From Clostridiales bacterium (GTDB lineage: Bacteria > Bacillota > Clostridia > Christensenellales > Borkfalkiaceae), in NCBI GenBank assembly GCA_015055505.1, contig SVIB01000001.1:6563-70562 (forward strand): a DNA stretch of 64,000 bases. Reading direction: 5' to 3'. The notes below the pieces were generated by a model that had not been told where the DNA came from, made no database searches, and was given only the letters and a program-made list of their open reading frames with translations. Positions 1-9,150 of this stretch are shown here, in pieces. Position 1 is the stretch's first letter. Each line of letters opens with the position of its first letter. The position numbers were made by a program, and so were the translations under genes.

Positions 1-2
1 GA

Positions 3-524
3 GATATTTTGTGTGTAAAGGGTAATCACGACCTCTTTGCAAATCTCAATTTAAGTACCTTTCCTACTGCGGATACAAGGCTTAAAATGTTCAAATGGAC
101 GCAAAAGGCTTTGTCAAATTCGTCGAGGAAATTCTTAGACGAACTGCCGTGGGTTTTAAATTTTGAAGATTGTGGGAAAAAGATAGTTGCTTTTCATTAT
201 CCCAAAAATCAAAAGGGTAGGTTTAAAGACCTTATCTATCTTCCTTCAAACGAGCAAGTAAAAGAACTCTTTGAGGGGCTTTCGGGCGATATATTTTTGT
301 TTGGGCACGAACATACGGGCTCTTTAACTGAGTTGGACGGTAAATATTATCTCAATTTCGGAACTCTCGGCAATATGCTTTTTGAAGACGTTGCAAGGCT
401 TGGGATTTTAGAGGTAACAGAAGAAAAGGTGGTCTATAAGTCGATTAACGTCAAATATGACCAGTCAACGGCGTTCAAAAGGGCGGAAGAGATAAGGCAA
501 ATTTTGGAAAGAAGAACAGATTGA
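3..524 (+). CDS. metallophosphoesterase family protein (5' end outside the window)
   Basis: The frame is open from the window edge. It has the GNHD and GHEH motifs typical of calcineurin-like phosphoesterases (YfcE-like). Confidence 0.7.
   Translation, partial: DILCVKGNHDLFANLNLSTFPTADTRLKMFKWTQKALSNSSRKFLDELPWVLNFEDCGKKIVAFHYPKNQKGRFKDLIYLPSNEQVKELFEGLSGDIFLFGHEHTGSLTELDGKYYLNFGTLGNMLFEDVARLGILEVTEEKVVYKSINVKYDQSTAFKRAEEIRQILERRTD
434..447 (+). repeat. dispersed motif CTATAAGTYGATTA, exact copy, inside a CDS
   Basis: The sequence is ctataagtcgatta, read as Y-K-S-I-N within the phosphoesterase CDS. Confidence 0.9.
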
Positions 525-529
525 ATTAA

Positions 530-562
530 TTAGTCGTAAAAAATTTGCGACTAATTTTTTTT
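530..562 (+). terminator. rho-independent terminator
   Basis: The stem is TTAGTCG/CGACTAA, followed by a T-run. Confidence 0.6.
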
Positions 563-655
563 ATTTTTATAATAAAAATAAAAAACAGTTTACTTTAAAG
601 CGAGTATTTGGTATACTTAATGTATACTATAGTTACTAATTTAAGGAAGTGAATT

Positions 656-1681
656 ATGGAAAATCAAATTGCGGAGATTAAAAGTAATATAACTGCCGAA
701 ATACAGACCGTAAATTCGAGCAAAGAATTGTATGAACTTAAATCTAAATACCTTTTAAACAAAGCGGGTATAATCCCAGCCCTTATGAAAGAACTTGGAA
801 AAGCGTCTAAAGAAGACAGACCTAAACTCGGTCAAATGATAAACGCCCTTAAAGATTGGGCTACTCAAATTTTTGAAGGAAAAGACGCTGAAATTACTGA
901 GGTTGAAAAGAAAGCCCGTTATGAAAAAGAGGCGGTTGATATTACTATGCCCTCTAAAAAGACTAAGGTTGGTACTCTTCATCCCGTTACGATAATTAAA
1001 AACGAACTCGTAGACATATTTGCAGGTATGGGTTTTAAGGTCGTTGAAACGAGGGAAATAGAAGACGATTTTCATAATTTTACCGCGCTTAACACTCCTC
1101 TTGAACATCCTGCGAGAGATAAACAAGACACTTTTTACGTATCCGACGACTTTATGCTTAGAACGCATACTTCTCCGGGACAAATTAGAAGTTTAAAGAG
1201 TATCGAGCCCCCGTTTAAAATTTTAGTTCCGGGTAGAGTGTATAGGGCTGACGACGACGCAACTCACTCTCCTATGTTTCATCAAATGGAAGGACTCGTT
1301 ATCGACGAAAACATAACTATGTGCGACCTTCAAGGTATGCTTGACGTACTCGTTCATAAGATGTTCTCCGAAACCGCAAAGACGAGATTCCGTCCTTCGT
1401 TCTTCCCGTTTACCGAACCTTCGGTAGAAGTTGACGTCAGTTGCTTTGAGTGTGGCGGTAAGGGATGTAAACTTTGTAAAGGTACCGGTTGGATTGAAAT
1501 TTTAGGTGGCGGTATCGTAAACAAAAAGGTACTTGAAAACTGCGGAGTTGATTCTAATAAATACACGGGATTTGCCTTTGGTCTTGGGCTTGACCGTATA
1601 GCAATGCTTAAAAACGGCGTAAATAACATTCACGTTTTATACGACGGCGACGTAAGAGCGTTAAAGCAGTTTAAAGACTAA
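656..1681 (+). CDS. pheS: phenylalanine--tRNA ligase alpha subunit
   Basis: It has class II aaRS motifs (FRPSFFPFTEPS, GFAFGLGLDR), sits next to pheT and has an upstream RBS. Confidence 0.95.
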   Translation: MENQIAEIKSNITAEIQTVNSSKELYELKSKYLLNKAGIIPALMKELGKASKEDRPKLGQMINALKDWATQIFEGKDAEITEVEKKARYEKEAVDITMPSKKTKVGTLHPVTIIKNELVDIFAGMGFKVVETREIEDDFHNFTALNTPLEHPARDKQDTFYVSDDFMLRTHTSPGQIRSLKSIEPPFKILVPGRVYRADDDATHSPMFHQMEGLVIDENITMCDLQGMLDVLVHKMFSETAKTRFRPSFFPFTEPSVEVDVSCFECGGKGCKLCKGTGWIEILGGGIVNKKVLENCGVDSNKYTGFAFGLGLDRIAMLKNGVNNIHVLYDGDVRALKQFKD

Positions 1682-1693
1682 GGAGGAATAAAA

Positions 1694-4093
1694 ATGTTAG
1701 CACCGCTTTCATGGCTTAAAGATTTCGTAGATATAGACGTAACCGTTGAAGAGTTAGAGAAAAAACTTTTCGACAGCGGTTTTGAAGTTGAACAAATTAT
1801 TCCTTACGGAGATAAACTCGACAAAGTAGTAACTTGTAAGATTTTCAAAATCGAACAGCACCCAAATGCGGAGAAACTCCGTATTTGTCAAGTAGACGCA
1901 GGTAAATACGGCAAATTGCAAATAATAACCAACGCCCAAAACGTAAAGGAAGGGGATATCGTTCCCGTTGCAGTTGACGGCGCAACCTTGGCGACAGGAG
2001 ACAGAATTTTTAACGGAAAACTCCGCGGAGAGCCTTCTTACGGAATGTTCTGCGGTGGGGAAGAAATAGGAATTACCGACGCGTTTTACGAGGGAGCGTC
2101 TTTTGACGGTGTTCTCGTATTTAACGACGACTTCCCTCTCGGCGAAGAGGTTAGAGATTTGCTCGGTTTAAAAGATTACGTTTTCGATATTTCGGTACTT
2201 GCAAACCGTCCCGACTGTCAATCGATAGTAGGTATCGCAAGAGAAATTGCGTGCGCTTTAAATAAACCGTTTAAAGAGCCGGACCTTTCTTATAACGAAG
2301 TAAAAGGCGACGACGAAAAAATTGACGTAACCGTTTTAGATAACGAACTTTGTCCGAGATATATTGCTCACCTTATAAAAGACGTAAAAATTGAAAAAGC
2401 CCCCAAGTGGATGTCAAAAAGACTTGCGCTTTGCGGACTTAATTCTATAAATAATATCGTAGATATTACCAACTACGTTCTTTTAGAGATGGGACAACCT
2501 ATGCACGCTTTCGACCTTAAAGACCTCGAAAATAACGAGATTATAGTAAGAAGAGCCGAAAACGGAGAAAAAATCGTAACGTTAGACGAAAAAGAAAATA
2601 TTTTAAATAGCGACAACCTCGTAATTTGCGACGGTCAAAAACCGGTTGCTCTTGCAGGTATTATGGGCGGACTTAACAGTGAAATTAAGGACGATACGAC
2701 CGCCGTTTTATTTGAATGCGCTAAATTTAAGAGAGATAACGTAAGAAAATCTGCGAGAACGCTCGGTAAGAGCAGTGATTCTTCAAAGAGATTTGAAAAA
2801 GGCGTTGACGAGTATACTACCGAGAGGGCGTCAAAAAGGGCTCTTAACCTCATTGATAAATTGGGAGCAGGCAGGGTAACTGCTGTTCGCGTTGACGTAT
2901 CGGCAGGTAAAACTCAAGAAAACAAAGAAGTTAGAACTACTTTCGGTAAAATAAACGGAGTTTTGGGTATTGAAGTACCAAAAGATACTATCGTTGATAT
3001 TTTAACCCGTCTTGGTTTTGGCGTTACGGTTGACGGGGAAAATCTCGTAACCGTTGCTCCCCCTTACCGTGAGGACGTCGAGGGATATCCCGACTTAGCC
3101 GAAGAAGTTATTAGAACTTACGGATACGAACATATTAAGCCCACTTTACTTAAAGAGGCTCAAGTAACTGCCGGCGGATACTCAAAAGAACAAAAAGACG
3201 AACTTAAAATGAAGAGAACTTTCGTAAACCTCGGATTTAACGAGGCTATGACTTTCTCTTTCTATTCCAAAAAGGATATTTCGGCGTTAAATCTCCGTGA
3301 GGGCGATTGCGAAGGTCAAACTATTTTAATTGGCAATCCGTTAAGCGATAACTATGAAGTTTTAAGAAGAACGCTTATTCCGTCACTTTTAAAGGTTGCG
3401 TCAAGCAATATTAAAAAGGGTAATACGGAAGGTAAAATCTTTGAAATTGCAAGGACGTTTATTCCTAAAACTCTTCCCGTTACGGATTTCCCCGAAGAGA
3501 GAAGATATTTAACCGCATTGACTTTTGGCGGTCAAGACGACTTCTTTACTTTAAAAGGAGTTTTGGAAGAAATTGCCGAGATATTTAGAGTTAAATTTAA
3601 CTTAAACGTAAGAGCCGATAAGACTTATCTTCACTCTGGCGTTTCCGCAAAAATCTTATTAGGCGACAAAGAGATTGGCGTTTACGGTCAAATTGCGTAC
3701 GAAACGGCGGCGGCTTTTGATATAGAATGTAAAGTTTACGCATTAGAACTTGATTACGACGCGTTAGCTGAAGAATTTAATACTCCGTTTAAATACGTAA
3801 ATCTTCCTAAATTTAGAAGCGTCGAAAGAGATTTGGCGCTTGTAGCGGATGAAAAAACTACTTGCGCGGAGATAGAGGACGTTATTCGTTCAGCATGTAA
3901 AAACAGTGTTGAATCGGTAAAACTTTTCGACGTTTACGTAGGCGAACAGGTTGGCGTTGGCAAAAAGAGTATGGCGTATACCGTAACCTTTAAAGCGGGA
4001 GAGGAAAAGCCTTTAGAAAGTGCCGACGTAGATGCTTTCGTTAAGAGAATTTTAGGAAGTTTAAAACACCGTCTTGGCGTAGAACTTCGCTAA
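1694..4093 (+). CDS. pheT: phenylalanine--tRNA ligase beta subunit
   Basis: The 799-aa protein starts with the MLAPLSWLKDF N-terminus, has B3/4, B5 and FDX-ACB domain-like sequence, and an AGGAGG RBS. Confidence 0.95.
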   Translation: MLAPLSWLKDFVDIDVTVEELEKKLFDSGFEVEQIIPYGDKLDKVVTCKIFKIEQHPNAEKLRICQVDAGKYGKLQIITNAQNVKEGDIVPVAVDGATLATGDRIFNGKLRGEPSYGMFCGGEEIGITDAFYEGASFDGVLVFNDDFPLGEEVRDLLGLKDYVFDISVLANRPDCQSIVGIAREIACALNKPFKEPDLSYNEVKGDDEKIDVTVLDNELCPRYIAHLIKDVKIEKAPKWMSKRLALCGLNSINNIVDITNYVLLEMGQPMHAFDLKDLENNEIIVRRAENGEKIVTLDEKENILNSDNLVICDGQKPVALAGIMGGLNSEIKDDTTAVLFECAKFKRDNVRKSARTLGKSSDSSKRFEKGVDEYTTERASKRALNLIDKLGAGRVTAVRVDVSAGKTQENKEVRTTFGKINGVLGIEVPKDTIVDILTRLGFGVTVDGENLVTVAPPYREDVEGYPDLAEEVIRTYGYEHIKPTLLKEAQVTAGGYSKEQKDELKMKRTFVNLGFNEAMTFSFYSKKDISALNLREGDCEGQTILIGNPLSDNYEVLRRTLIPSLLKVASSNIKKGNTEGKIFEIARTFIPKTLPVTDFPEERRYLTALTFGGQDDFFTLKGVLEEIAEIFRVKFNLNVRADKTYLHSGVSAKILLGDKEIGVYGQIAYETAAAFDIECKVYALELDYDALAEEFNTPFKYVNLPKFRSVERDLALVADEKTTCAEIEDVIRSACKNSVESVKLFDVYVGEQVGVGKKSMAYTVTFKAGEEKPLESADVDAFVKRILGSLKHRLGVELR

Positions 4094-4101
4094 AAGTCTG
4101 C

Positions 4102-4115
4102 CGATAAGTCGATTA
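4102..4115 (+). repeat. dispersed motif copy (1 mismatch)
   Basis: The sequence is cgataagtcgatta. It lies 8 nt after the pheT stop and upstream of the terminator hairpin. Confidence 0.85.
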
Positions 4116-4126
4116 ATAAGAAAAAT

Positions 4127-4156
4127 TGCCGTAAACGGATAATCCGTTTACGGCAA
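4127..4156. terminator. bidirectional terminator hairpin
   Basis: The stem TGCCGTAAACGG/CCGTTTACGGCA lies between the convergent genes pheT and the DUF896 gene. Confidence 0.7.
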
Positions 4157-4167
4157 ATAAAAAGTTA

Positions 4168-4356
4168 TTAATGCAATTTTTTCTTGTTACCGTTTTCGTC
4201 GATAACGTAGGTGCTGTCTAAAGAAGAACGGAGATTGCCAACGACGCTGTCGATATACTCTCTTCTTAGTTTTTGCTGTTCTATTTTCTCTTCTTCGGTA
4301 AGACCTACTTCACGCGATTTTTTAGCAAGGAAATTTATTCTTTCAATATTAAGCAT
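4168..4356 (-). CDS. DUF896 (UPF0291/YnzC-like) small protein
   Basis: The MLNIERINFLAKKSREVGLTEEEKIEQQKLRREYI pattern matches the family. I chose the internal ATG because it is preceded by a GGGAGAG RBS. Confidence 0.75.
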   Translation of the reverse strand: MLNIERINFLAKKSREVGLTEEEKIEQQKLRREYIDSVVGNLRSSLDSTYVIDENGNKKKLH

Positions 4357-4450
4357 AATTATCTCTCCCACGTTTTTTATTAGTATAACACCTATTTGAT
4401 AATTTTGCAACCCTTTATTTACACTTTATCTGGTTTAGCGGAGGCTTAAA

Positions 4451-5380
4451 ATGGCTCGAAGTAATAAAAAAACCGTAGCCGAATATTTTATAATCGCCTT
4501 TTTGGCGTTTTGTATGGCAACAGCCTATGAACTGTTCGTTTTCCCTAATGCGTTTGCGCCTGCGGGGATAAACGGTCTTGCTACGATAATCCAACACCTT
4601 TTTAACTTTTCAGTGGGCTATATGTCGATTATCATTAATATTCCTCTCCTTATAGTGGCCTATTTTAAAGTGTCTAAGGATTTTGCTTTTAAGACTCTTT
4701 GCTACGTAATCGTGTTCTCGATAACCACGCTTATAGAGTATACGGGGATGGGAGATAGCGAAGGCTTTTTAGATTTATCGGGCTTTGCGTATAAGAACGA
4801 TACGATAAGCGCAATACTTGCGCCACTTGCGTCAGGCGCGATAAACGGACTTATATACGGGTATTTGGTTAGAAAAAACACGTGTACGGGCGGAACGGAT
4901 ATAGTTGCAAGGCTTGTAAGAGTTAAACGCCCCGAACTTAATATAATGTGGGTAACTCTTGCTCTAAACAGTATCGTAGCGTTTTTATCGTATTTTGCAT
5001 ATGCTGAAAATGGAGAGTACGATATTCAACCGGTATTGCTTTGCTTTATGTACTGCTTTACTTCGTCAAAAATGGGCGATTTAGTGCTTAAAGGATATAA
5101 AACTGCATTAAAATTTGAGGTTGTAACCTCTCATCCCGACGAAATATCTCAAGAAATAATACAAAAATTAAGACACAGCGCAACCGTAGTGCATGGAAAA
5201 GGTATGTATACTCATCAAGATAAAGACCTTTTGATATGCGTTATCAATAAAAATCAAATAGTAGATTTTGAAAACATAATAGTAAAATATCCGGGTACGT
5301 TTGCCTACATAACTTCGGTAAGTGAGACTGTGGGTAATTTCGTAACCGCAAAAAAATCTAAAAATAAAGAGGAGAATTAA
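4451..5380 (+). CDS. YitT family membrane protein (DUF161 + DUF2179)
   Basis: It has multiple TM segments, a CTGGTDIV motif and a C-terminal DUF2179-like domain. Confidence 0.8.
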   Translation: MARSNKKTVAEYFIIAFLAFCMATAYELFVFPNAFAPAGINGLATIIQHLFNFSVGYMSIIINIPLLIVAYFKVSKDFAFKTLCYVIVFSITTLIEYTGMGDSEGFLDLSGFAYKNDTISAILAPLASGAINGLIYGYLVRKNTCTGGTDIVARLVRVKRPELNIMWVTLALNSIVAFLSYFAYAENGEYDIQPVLLCFMYCFTSSKMGDLVLKGYKTALKFEVVTSHPDEISQEIIQKLRHSATVVHGKGMYTHQDKDLLICVINKNQIVDFENIIVKYPGTFAYITSVSETVGNFVTAKKSKNKEEN

Positions 5381-6160
5381 GTGGGATACACTTTAATTAC
5401 GGGCGCATGCGGAGGGCTTGGGAGAGCCTTTTGCAAAGAACTTATTAAAACCGACGACCTTTTTATTGTCGGTAGAAACGCGCAAAGACTTCACGTCTTA
5501 AAAGAAGAACTTCTAAAAATTAGAAAAGACGCTAAAGTGGAGTTTTTTGAGGCGGATATTGCCCACGTTTCTCAGCGGGAAAAATTGCTTGAGTACGTCG
5601 ATTTTAAAGAGATAAAGTTTGGCGGAGTTTTTCACGTTGCGGGCGCGGATATACAAAAAGAATTTATAAAATATACACCTGAAAAAATAAGATTTCAAAT
5701 AAGAGTAAATTTCGAGGCTGCCGTGTCTTTAACTCACGAGGTGCTTAAAAGACGTGAGAAAGAGATAAAAATACTTGCAGTGTCGAGTATATGCGGAACG
5801 GTGCCAATGCCGTATTTTGCATTATATTCAGCGACAAAATCTGCGCTTATTAATTTCTTCGTAGGGCTAAGATACGAACTTCATAATGCAAAAGTTACGA
5901 CTTTGATACCGGGGTCTATTCCAACGAGGGAAGATATAGTAGAAGATATTAAAAAGCAAGGAGTTACGGGTAAACTTTCTTCTAAGTCCCCCGAATTTGT
6001 TGCAAAAAAGGCTATAAAAGCCTTAAATAAAAACAAGCCAAAAGTAATAACGGGCGCATTTAATAAGTTCGTTTACTTTTTAGAAAAGATAACTCCAACT
6101 AAAGTAAAATGTAGGTATATCGCAAAAAAATGGAGTAAAAAAGAAAAGGACGCTTTTTAG
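5381..6160 (+). CDS. SDR family oxidoreductase
   Basis: It has a TGACGGLGRAF Rossmann motif and a YSATKSAL catalytic motif. The start is GTG after a GAGGAG RBS. Confidence 0.8.
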   Translation: MGYTLITGACGGLGRAFCKELIKTDDLFIVGRNAQRLHVLKEELLKIRKDAKVEFFEADIAHVSQREKLLEYVDFKEIKFGGVFHVAGADIQKEFIKYTPEKIRFQIRVNFEAAVSLTHEVLKRREKEIKILAVSSICGTVPMPYFALYSATKSALINFFVGLRYELHNAKVTTLIPGSIPTREDIVEDIKKQGVTGKLSSKSPEFVAKKAIKALNKNKPKVITGAFNKFVYFLEKITPTKVKCRYIAKKWSKKEKDAF

Positions 6161-6172
6161 AAAAAACGCAAA

Positions 6173-6186
6173 TAATCGACTTATAG
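6173..6186 (-). repeat. dispersed motif, exact copy
   Basis: The sequence is taatcgacttatag, 12 nt after the SDR stop. It is followed by a degenerate inverted half (tataagtg). Confidence 0.9.
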
Positions 6187-6222
6187 ACTGATATAAGTGA
6201 GATAAACGCAAGGAGAAGATAT

Positions 6223-7053
6223 ATGAGTTATGCAGATAAAGTCTTTAAAGACAACGTAAAAGATATTTTGGAAAACGGCGTATGGGACACCGATAAAGAC
6301 GTTAGACCTAAGTGGCTTGACGGAACTCCTGCCCATACCGTTAAAAAATTCTGTATCGTAAACCGTTACGACCTTCAAAAAGAATTTCCCATAATGACCA
6401 TAAGAAAACAGTATTTAAAAAGCGCGATAGACGAAATCTTATGGATATGGCAAAAGAAATCTAATAGGATAAGCGAACTCAATTCTCACGTTTGGGACAG
6501 TTGGGCTGGTGAAGACGGAACGATTGGTAAAGCCTACGGCTACCAACTCGGAGTTAAGCATAAGTATAAAGAGGGAGAATTTGACCAAGTTGATAAGGTT
6601 TTATACGACCTTAAAAACAATCCTGCGTCAAGAAGAATTATGACCAATATCTATACTTTTGCCGATTTAAACGAGATGAATTTATATCCTTGCGCGTATT
6701 CTATGACTTTTAACGTTTCGGGCGATAAGTTAAACGGTATACTTAATCAGCGTTCAAACGATATGGCTGTTGCAAATAACTGGAACGTAATGCAATACGC
6801 AGTTCTTCTTATGATGATTGCGCAAGTTACGGGATTTAAAGCGGGCGAACTCGTACACGTTATTGCTGACGCGCATATCTACGATAGGCATATTCCCGTA
6901 GTAAAGCAAATGCTTGAAAATCCTGAATATCCCGCGCCGAAACTTTGGATTAATCCCGAAATTAAGGATTTTTACGATTTTACGGTAGACGATTTTAAAC
7001 TTGAGGGTTACGAGGCAACACCATTAAAGACTAAACTTGAGGTGGCAGTATGA
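6223..7053 (+). CDS. thyA: thymidylate synthase
   Basis: It shows ThyA-type sequence (RRIMTNIY, LYPCAYSMTFNV, NQRSNDM) and overlaps folA by ATGA. Confidence 0.9.
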   Translation: MSYADKVFKDNVKDILENGVWDTDKDVRPKWLDGTPAHTVKKFCIVNRYDLQKEFPIMTIRKQYLKSAIDEILWIWQKKSNRISELNSHVWDSWAGEDGTIGKAYGYQLGVKHKYKEGEFDQVDKVLYDLKNNPASRRIMTNIYTFADLNEMNLYPCAYSMTFNVSGDKLNGILNQRSNDMAVANNWNVMQYAVLLMMIAQVTGFKAGELVHVIADAHIYDRHIPVVKQMLENPEYPAPKLWINPEIKDFYDFTVDDFKLEGYEATPLKTKLEVAV

Positions 7054-7550
7054 TTAGAGCGATAGTTGCAGTTGATAAAAATTGGGGGATTGGAAAGAAA
7101 AACGACTTGTTATTTTCTCTTCCTCTCGATATGAAATTCTTTAGACAGACGACTTTGGATAAAACCGTGTGTATGGGGTATAATACTTTATTGTCTTTCC
7201 CAAATTCCAATCCCTTGCCGAGAAGAAAAAATATAGTTCTTTGTCCTGAGGGAATAGAAAGAGAGGATGCGGTAATAGTTCACACCTTAGACGGTATGCT
7301 TGCCGAACTTAAAAAAGAGGACGGCGACGTTTTCGTTATTGGCGGTGCAATGTTTTATAAGACAATGCTTCCATATTGCGAAGAGGTGCTTGTTACTAAA
7401 GTGGACGCTGACGGAGAGGCTGAAGTTTTCTATGATAATTTGGACGAAAACCCCGACTTTACGTGTGTAAAGAGCGGTGAACCGATAGAAACAAACGGCT
7501 ATAATATTCAGTTCACAACCTATAAAAATAACAACGTAAAGTATTTTTGA
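7050..7550 (+). CDS. folA: dihydrofolate reductase
   Basis: It has the IVAVDKNWGIGKKNDLLF and VIGGAMFY motifs and is translationally coupled to thyA. Confidence 0.85.
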   Translation: MIRAIVAVDKNWGIGKKNDLLFSLPLDMKFFRQTTLDKTVCMGYNTLLSFPNSNPLPRRKNIVLCPEGIEREDAVIVHTLDGMLAELKKEDGDVFVIGGAMFYKTMLPYCEEVLVTKVDADGEAEVFYDNLDENPDFTCVKSGEPIETNGYNIQFTTYKNNNVKYF

Positions 7551-7558
7551 GGTAAAAT

Positions 7559-7891
7559 ATGAGAATTGACTTTAACGAAATTAGAGAAGAAACGGTAAAG
7601 GAATTCGGCGGTGGAAAGGGTTGCTTAATACTTAGAAAGACCACAAAAAACAGAGTTACCTTTATAAAAGCCAAACTTCCTGCAGGCTCTACGACGGGCA
7701 TGCACAAACATATGATAGACAGCGAAACGATATACGTTTTATCGGGTAAAGGTAAGACGATTTGCGACGGCGAAACTGAAATGCTCAGCGCGGGCTCGGT
7801 TACTTTTTGTCCCGTGGGATGCAGTCACTGTCTTATAAACGACAGCAACGAAGACCTCGTATTTTTTGCAGTAATTCCCGAACAAATTTAA
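7559..7891 (+). CDS. cupin domain protein
   Basis: This is a small protein with a cupin-like G-x5-H-x-H...G...H pattern (GSTTGMHKHMIDSE...CPVGCSH). Confidence 0.55.
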   Translation: MRIDFNEIREETVKEFGGGKGCLILRKTTKNRVTFIKAKLPAGSTTGMHKHMIDSETIYVLSGKGKTICDGETEMLSAGSVTFCPVGCSHCLINDSNEDLVFFAVIPEQI

Positions 7892-7895
7892 TATC

Positions 7896-7927
7896 AGCGC
7901 CCCACACGGCAAGCCGTGTGGGGCGCT
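7896..7927 (+). terminator. rho-independent terminator
   Basis: It has a 15-bp GC-rich stem, AGCGCCCCACACGGC/GCCGTGTGGGGCGCT. Confidence 0.7.
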
Positions 7928-8006
7928 TAGGTTTTGTCTTAATTTCGCATTTGAATTATAAGGCGTATGTTGTAAAGAAGAATAGGTTTATAAAGAAAAT
8001 TTAAAC

Positions 8007-8681
8007 TCACGCGTATTTACTCATAAGTTTGAAAAGTTCGGTTATTTTTTGGGAAAATTCATCACGGTCTTTATAGTTTACGTTTACGTGTGAAAGCCGT
8101 TTTACGTCGCACTCAAGTTCGGCTATGCTCTCTCGTTCTAAAAACGACAAATCCTTTTGTTTTAAACCGTCTATATAATAAAGTATTTGTGAATAGTTGA
8201 TTCCAAAATCGTCGCGGTAATTAGGGGTAAACATTTTATCGGTTTGCAAAAATTCCCGTTCTTTTTCACTCGTTTCTCTACTTAAAAAATAACCGTAATC
8301 ACTACCGCTTTTTTGTAAAAGCCGTTCTATAAGTTGATTATCGACGTATTTTTTCTTGCGAAAATCCTTTGAGAGGACAAGCGAAATTGAAAAAAGAAGA
8401 ATTGAGATTGCGCAAATAAAAAGGCTAACGCAAAGTGCTTTTAGGTTTGGTAAAGTATTATACGTAAAATCACAAAATACTTTATACGCGCACGAAAAAT
8501 ATGAAAAGAGAGAAAGGGTTAGCGGTAAGGTTTTATCGCTCTTTTTTATTTTGCGGACGAATATAGTCAAAATAAGCAAAGCGGTTGAAACTAAAAGTGA
8601 CGAACAACTTACTATTAACGGGTAAAATTGCCCGAGATTAATATTTGCAGTGAATTTCATAAAGAGTTCTAAAATTTTCAT
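8007..8681 (-). CDS. hypothetical membrane protein
   Basis: The ORF has 3-4 N-terminal TM segments and a soluble C-terminal part. I recognise no family, and the start codon is uncertain. Confidence 0.45.
   Translation of the reverse strand: MKILELFMKFTANINLGQFYPLIVSCSSLLVSTALLILTIFVRKIKKSDKTLPLTLSLFSYFSCAYKVFCDFTYNTLPNLKALCVSLFICAISILLFSISLVLSKDFRKKKYVDNQLIERLLQKSGSDYGYFLSRETSEKEREFLQTDKMFTPNYRDDFGINYSQILYYIDGLKQKDLSFLERESIAELECDVKRLSHVNVNYKDRDEFSQKITELFKLMSKYA
8327..8340 (+). repeat. dispersed motif copy (C9>T variant), inside a CDS
   Basis: The sequence is ctataagttgatta. On the coding (-) strand it encodes N-Q-L-I-E. Confidence 0.85.
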
Positions 8682-8773
8682 AAGTATATTGTTGACAAAA
8701 ATATTAAAATTTAAACAAAAAGTAATTTATAAAATCAATTTTGCATAGATATATACAAATTGGAGTTTGTAAT

Positions 8774-9022
8774 TTGCATTACGATATTTATGCGAGGGTT
8801 GTAAAAGAAGGGGAGTATATGCTTGAAAACACTGCGACCGTGAGGGCTACTGCTAATCATTTTGGACTTAGTAAATCAACGGTGCATACCGACCTTACCA
8901 AAAGGCTTAAAAGAATTGACGAAAATCTTTATAGGCAAGTAAAACACTTGCTTTTTGTAAATTTAAGCGAAAGACATATTCGAGGCGGTATTGCTACGCG
9001 CAAAAAATTCAAAGGGAAATAG
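8774..9022 (+). CDS. spoIIID: sporulation transcriptional regulator SpoIIID
   Basis: It aligns with B. subtilis SpoIIID (TVRATANHFGLSKSTVHTDLTKRL...HIRGGIATRKKF). I chose the TTG start at 8774, which has a GGAG RBS 8 nt upstream. Confidence 0.85.
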   Translation: MHYDIYARVVKEGEYMLENTATVRATANHFGLSKSTVHTDLTKRLKRIDENLYRQVKHLLFVNLSERHIRGGIATRKKFKGK

Positions 9023-9036
9023 TGTTTCTAAGCCGA

Positions 9037-9050
9037 TAATCAACTTATAG
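9037..9050 (-). repeat. dispersed motif copy (C9>T variant)
   Basis: The sequence is taatcaacttatag, 14 nt after the spoIIID stop. Confidence 0.85.
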
Positions 9051-9092
9051 GCGGGTTTTTTAATAATTATTTGCTAAAATTTCAATTAGGTG

Positions 9093-9121
9093 TTGACAAT
9101 ATAAAATAATAATTGTATAAT
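9093..9121 (+). promoter_or_regulatory. sigma-A type promoter
   Basis: It reads TTGACA, a 17-nt spacer, then TATAAT with an upstream TG (extended -10). It sits 30 nt before the YegP-like gene. Confidence 0.6.
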
Positions 9122-9150
9122 AATATGTACTAAGACACGAGGTGTGTGAG

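Noticed and set aside
563-655. I considered possible T-box leaders upstream of pheS, and likewise upstream of aspS at 18787-18878.
   Set aside because: The leaders are only about 90 nt long and lack specifier, T-box (GGTGGTACCGCG-like) and antiterminator features.
7807-8004. A 65-aa ORF overlaps the end of the cupin gene and its terminator.
   Set aside because: It runs through a GC-rich terminator hairpin and has no RBS, so it is spurious.
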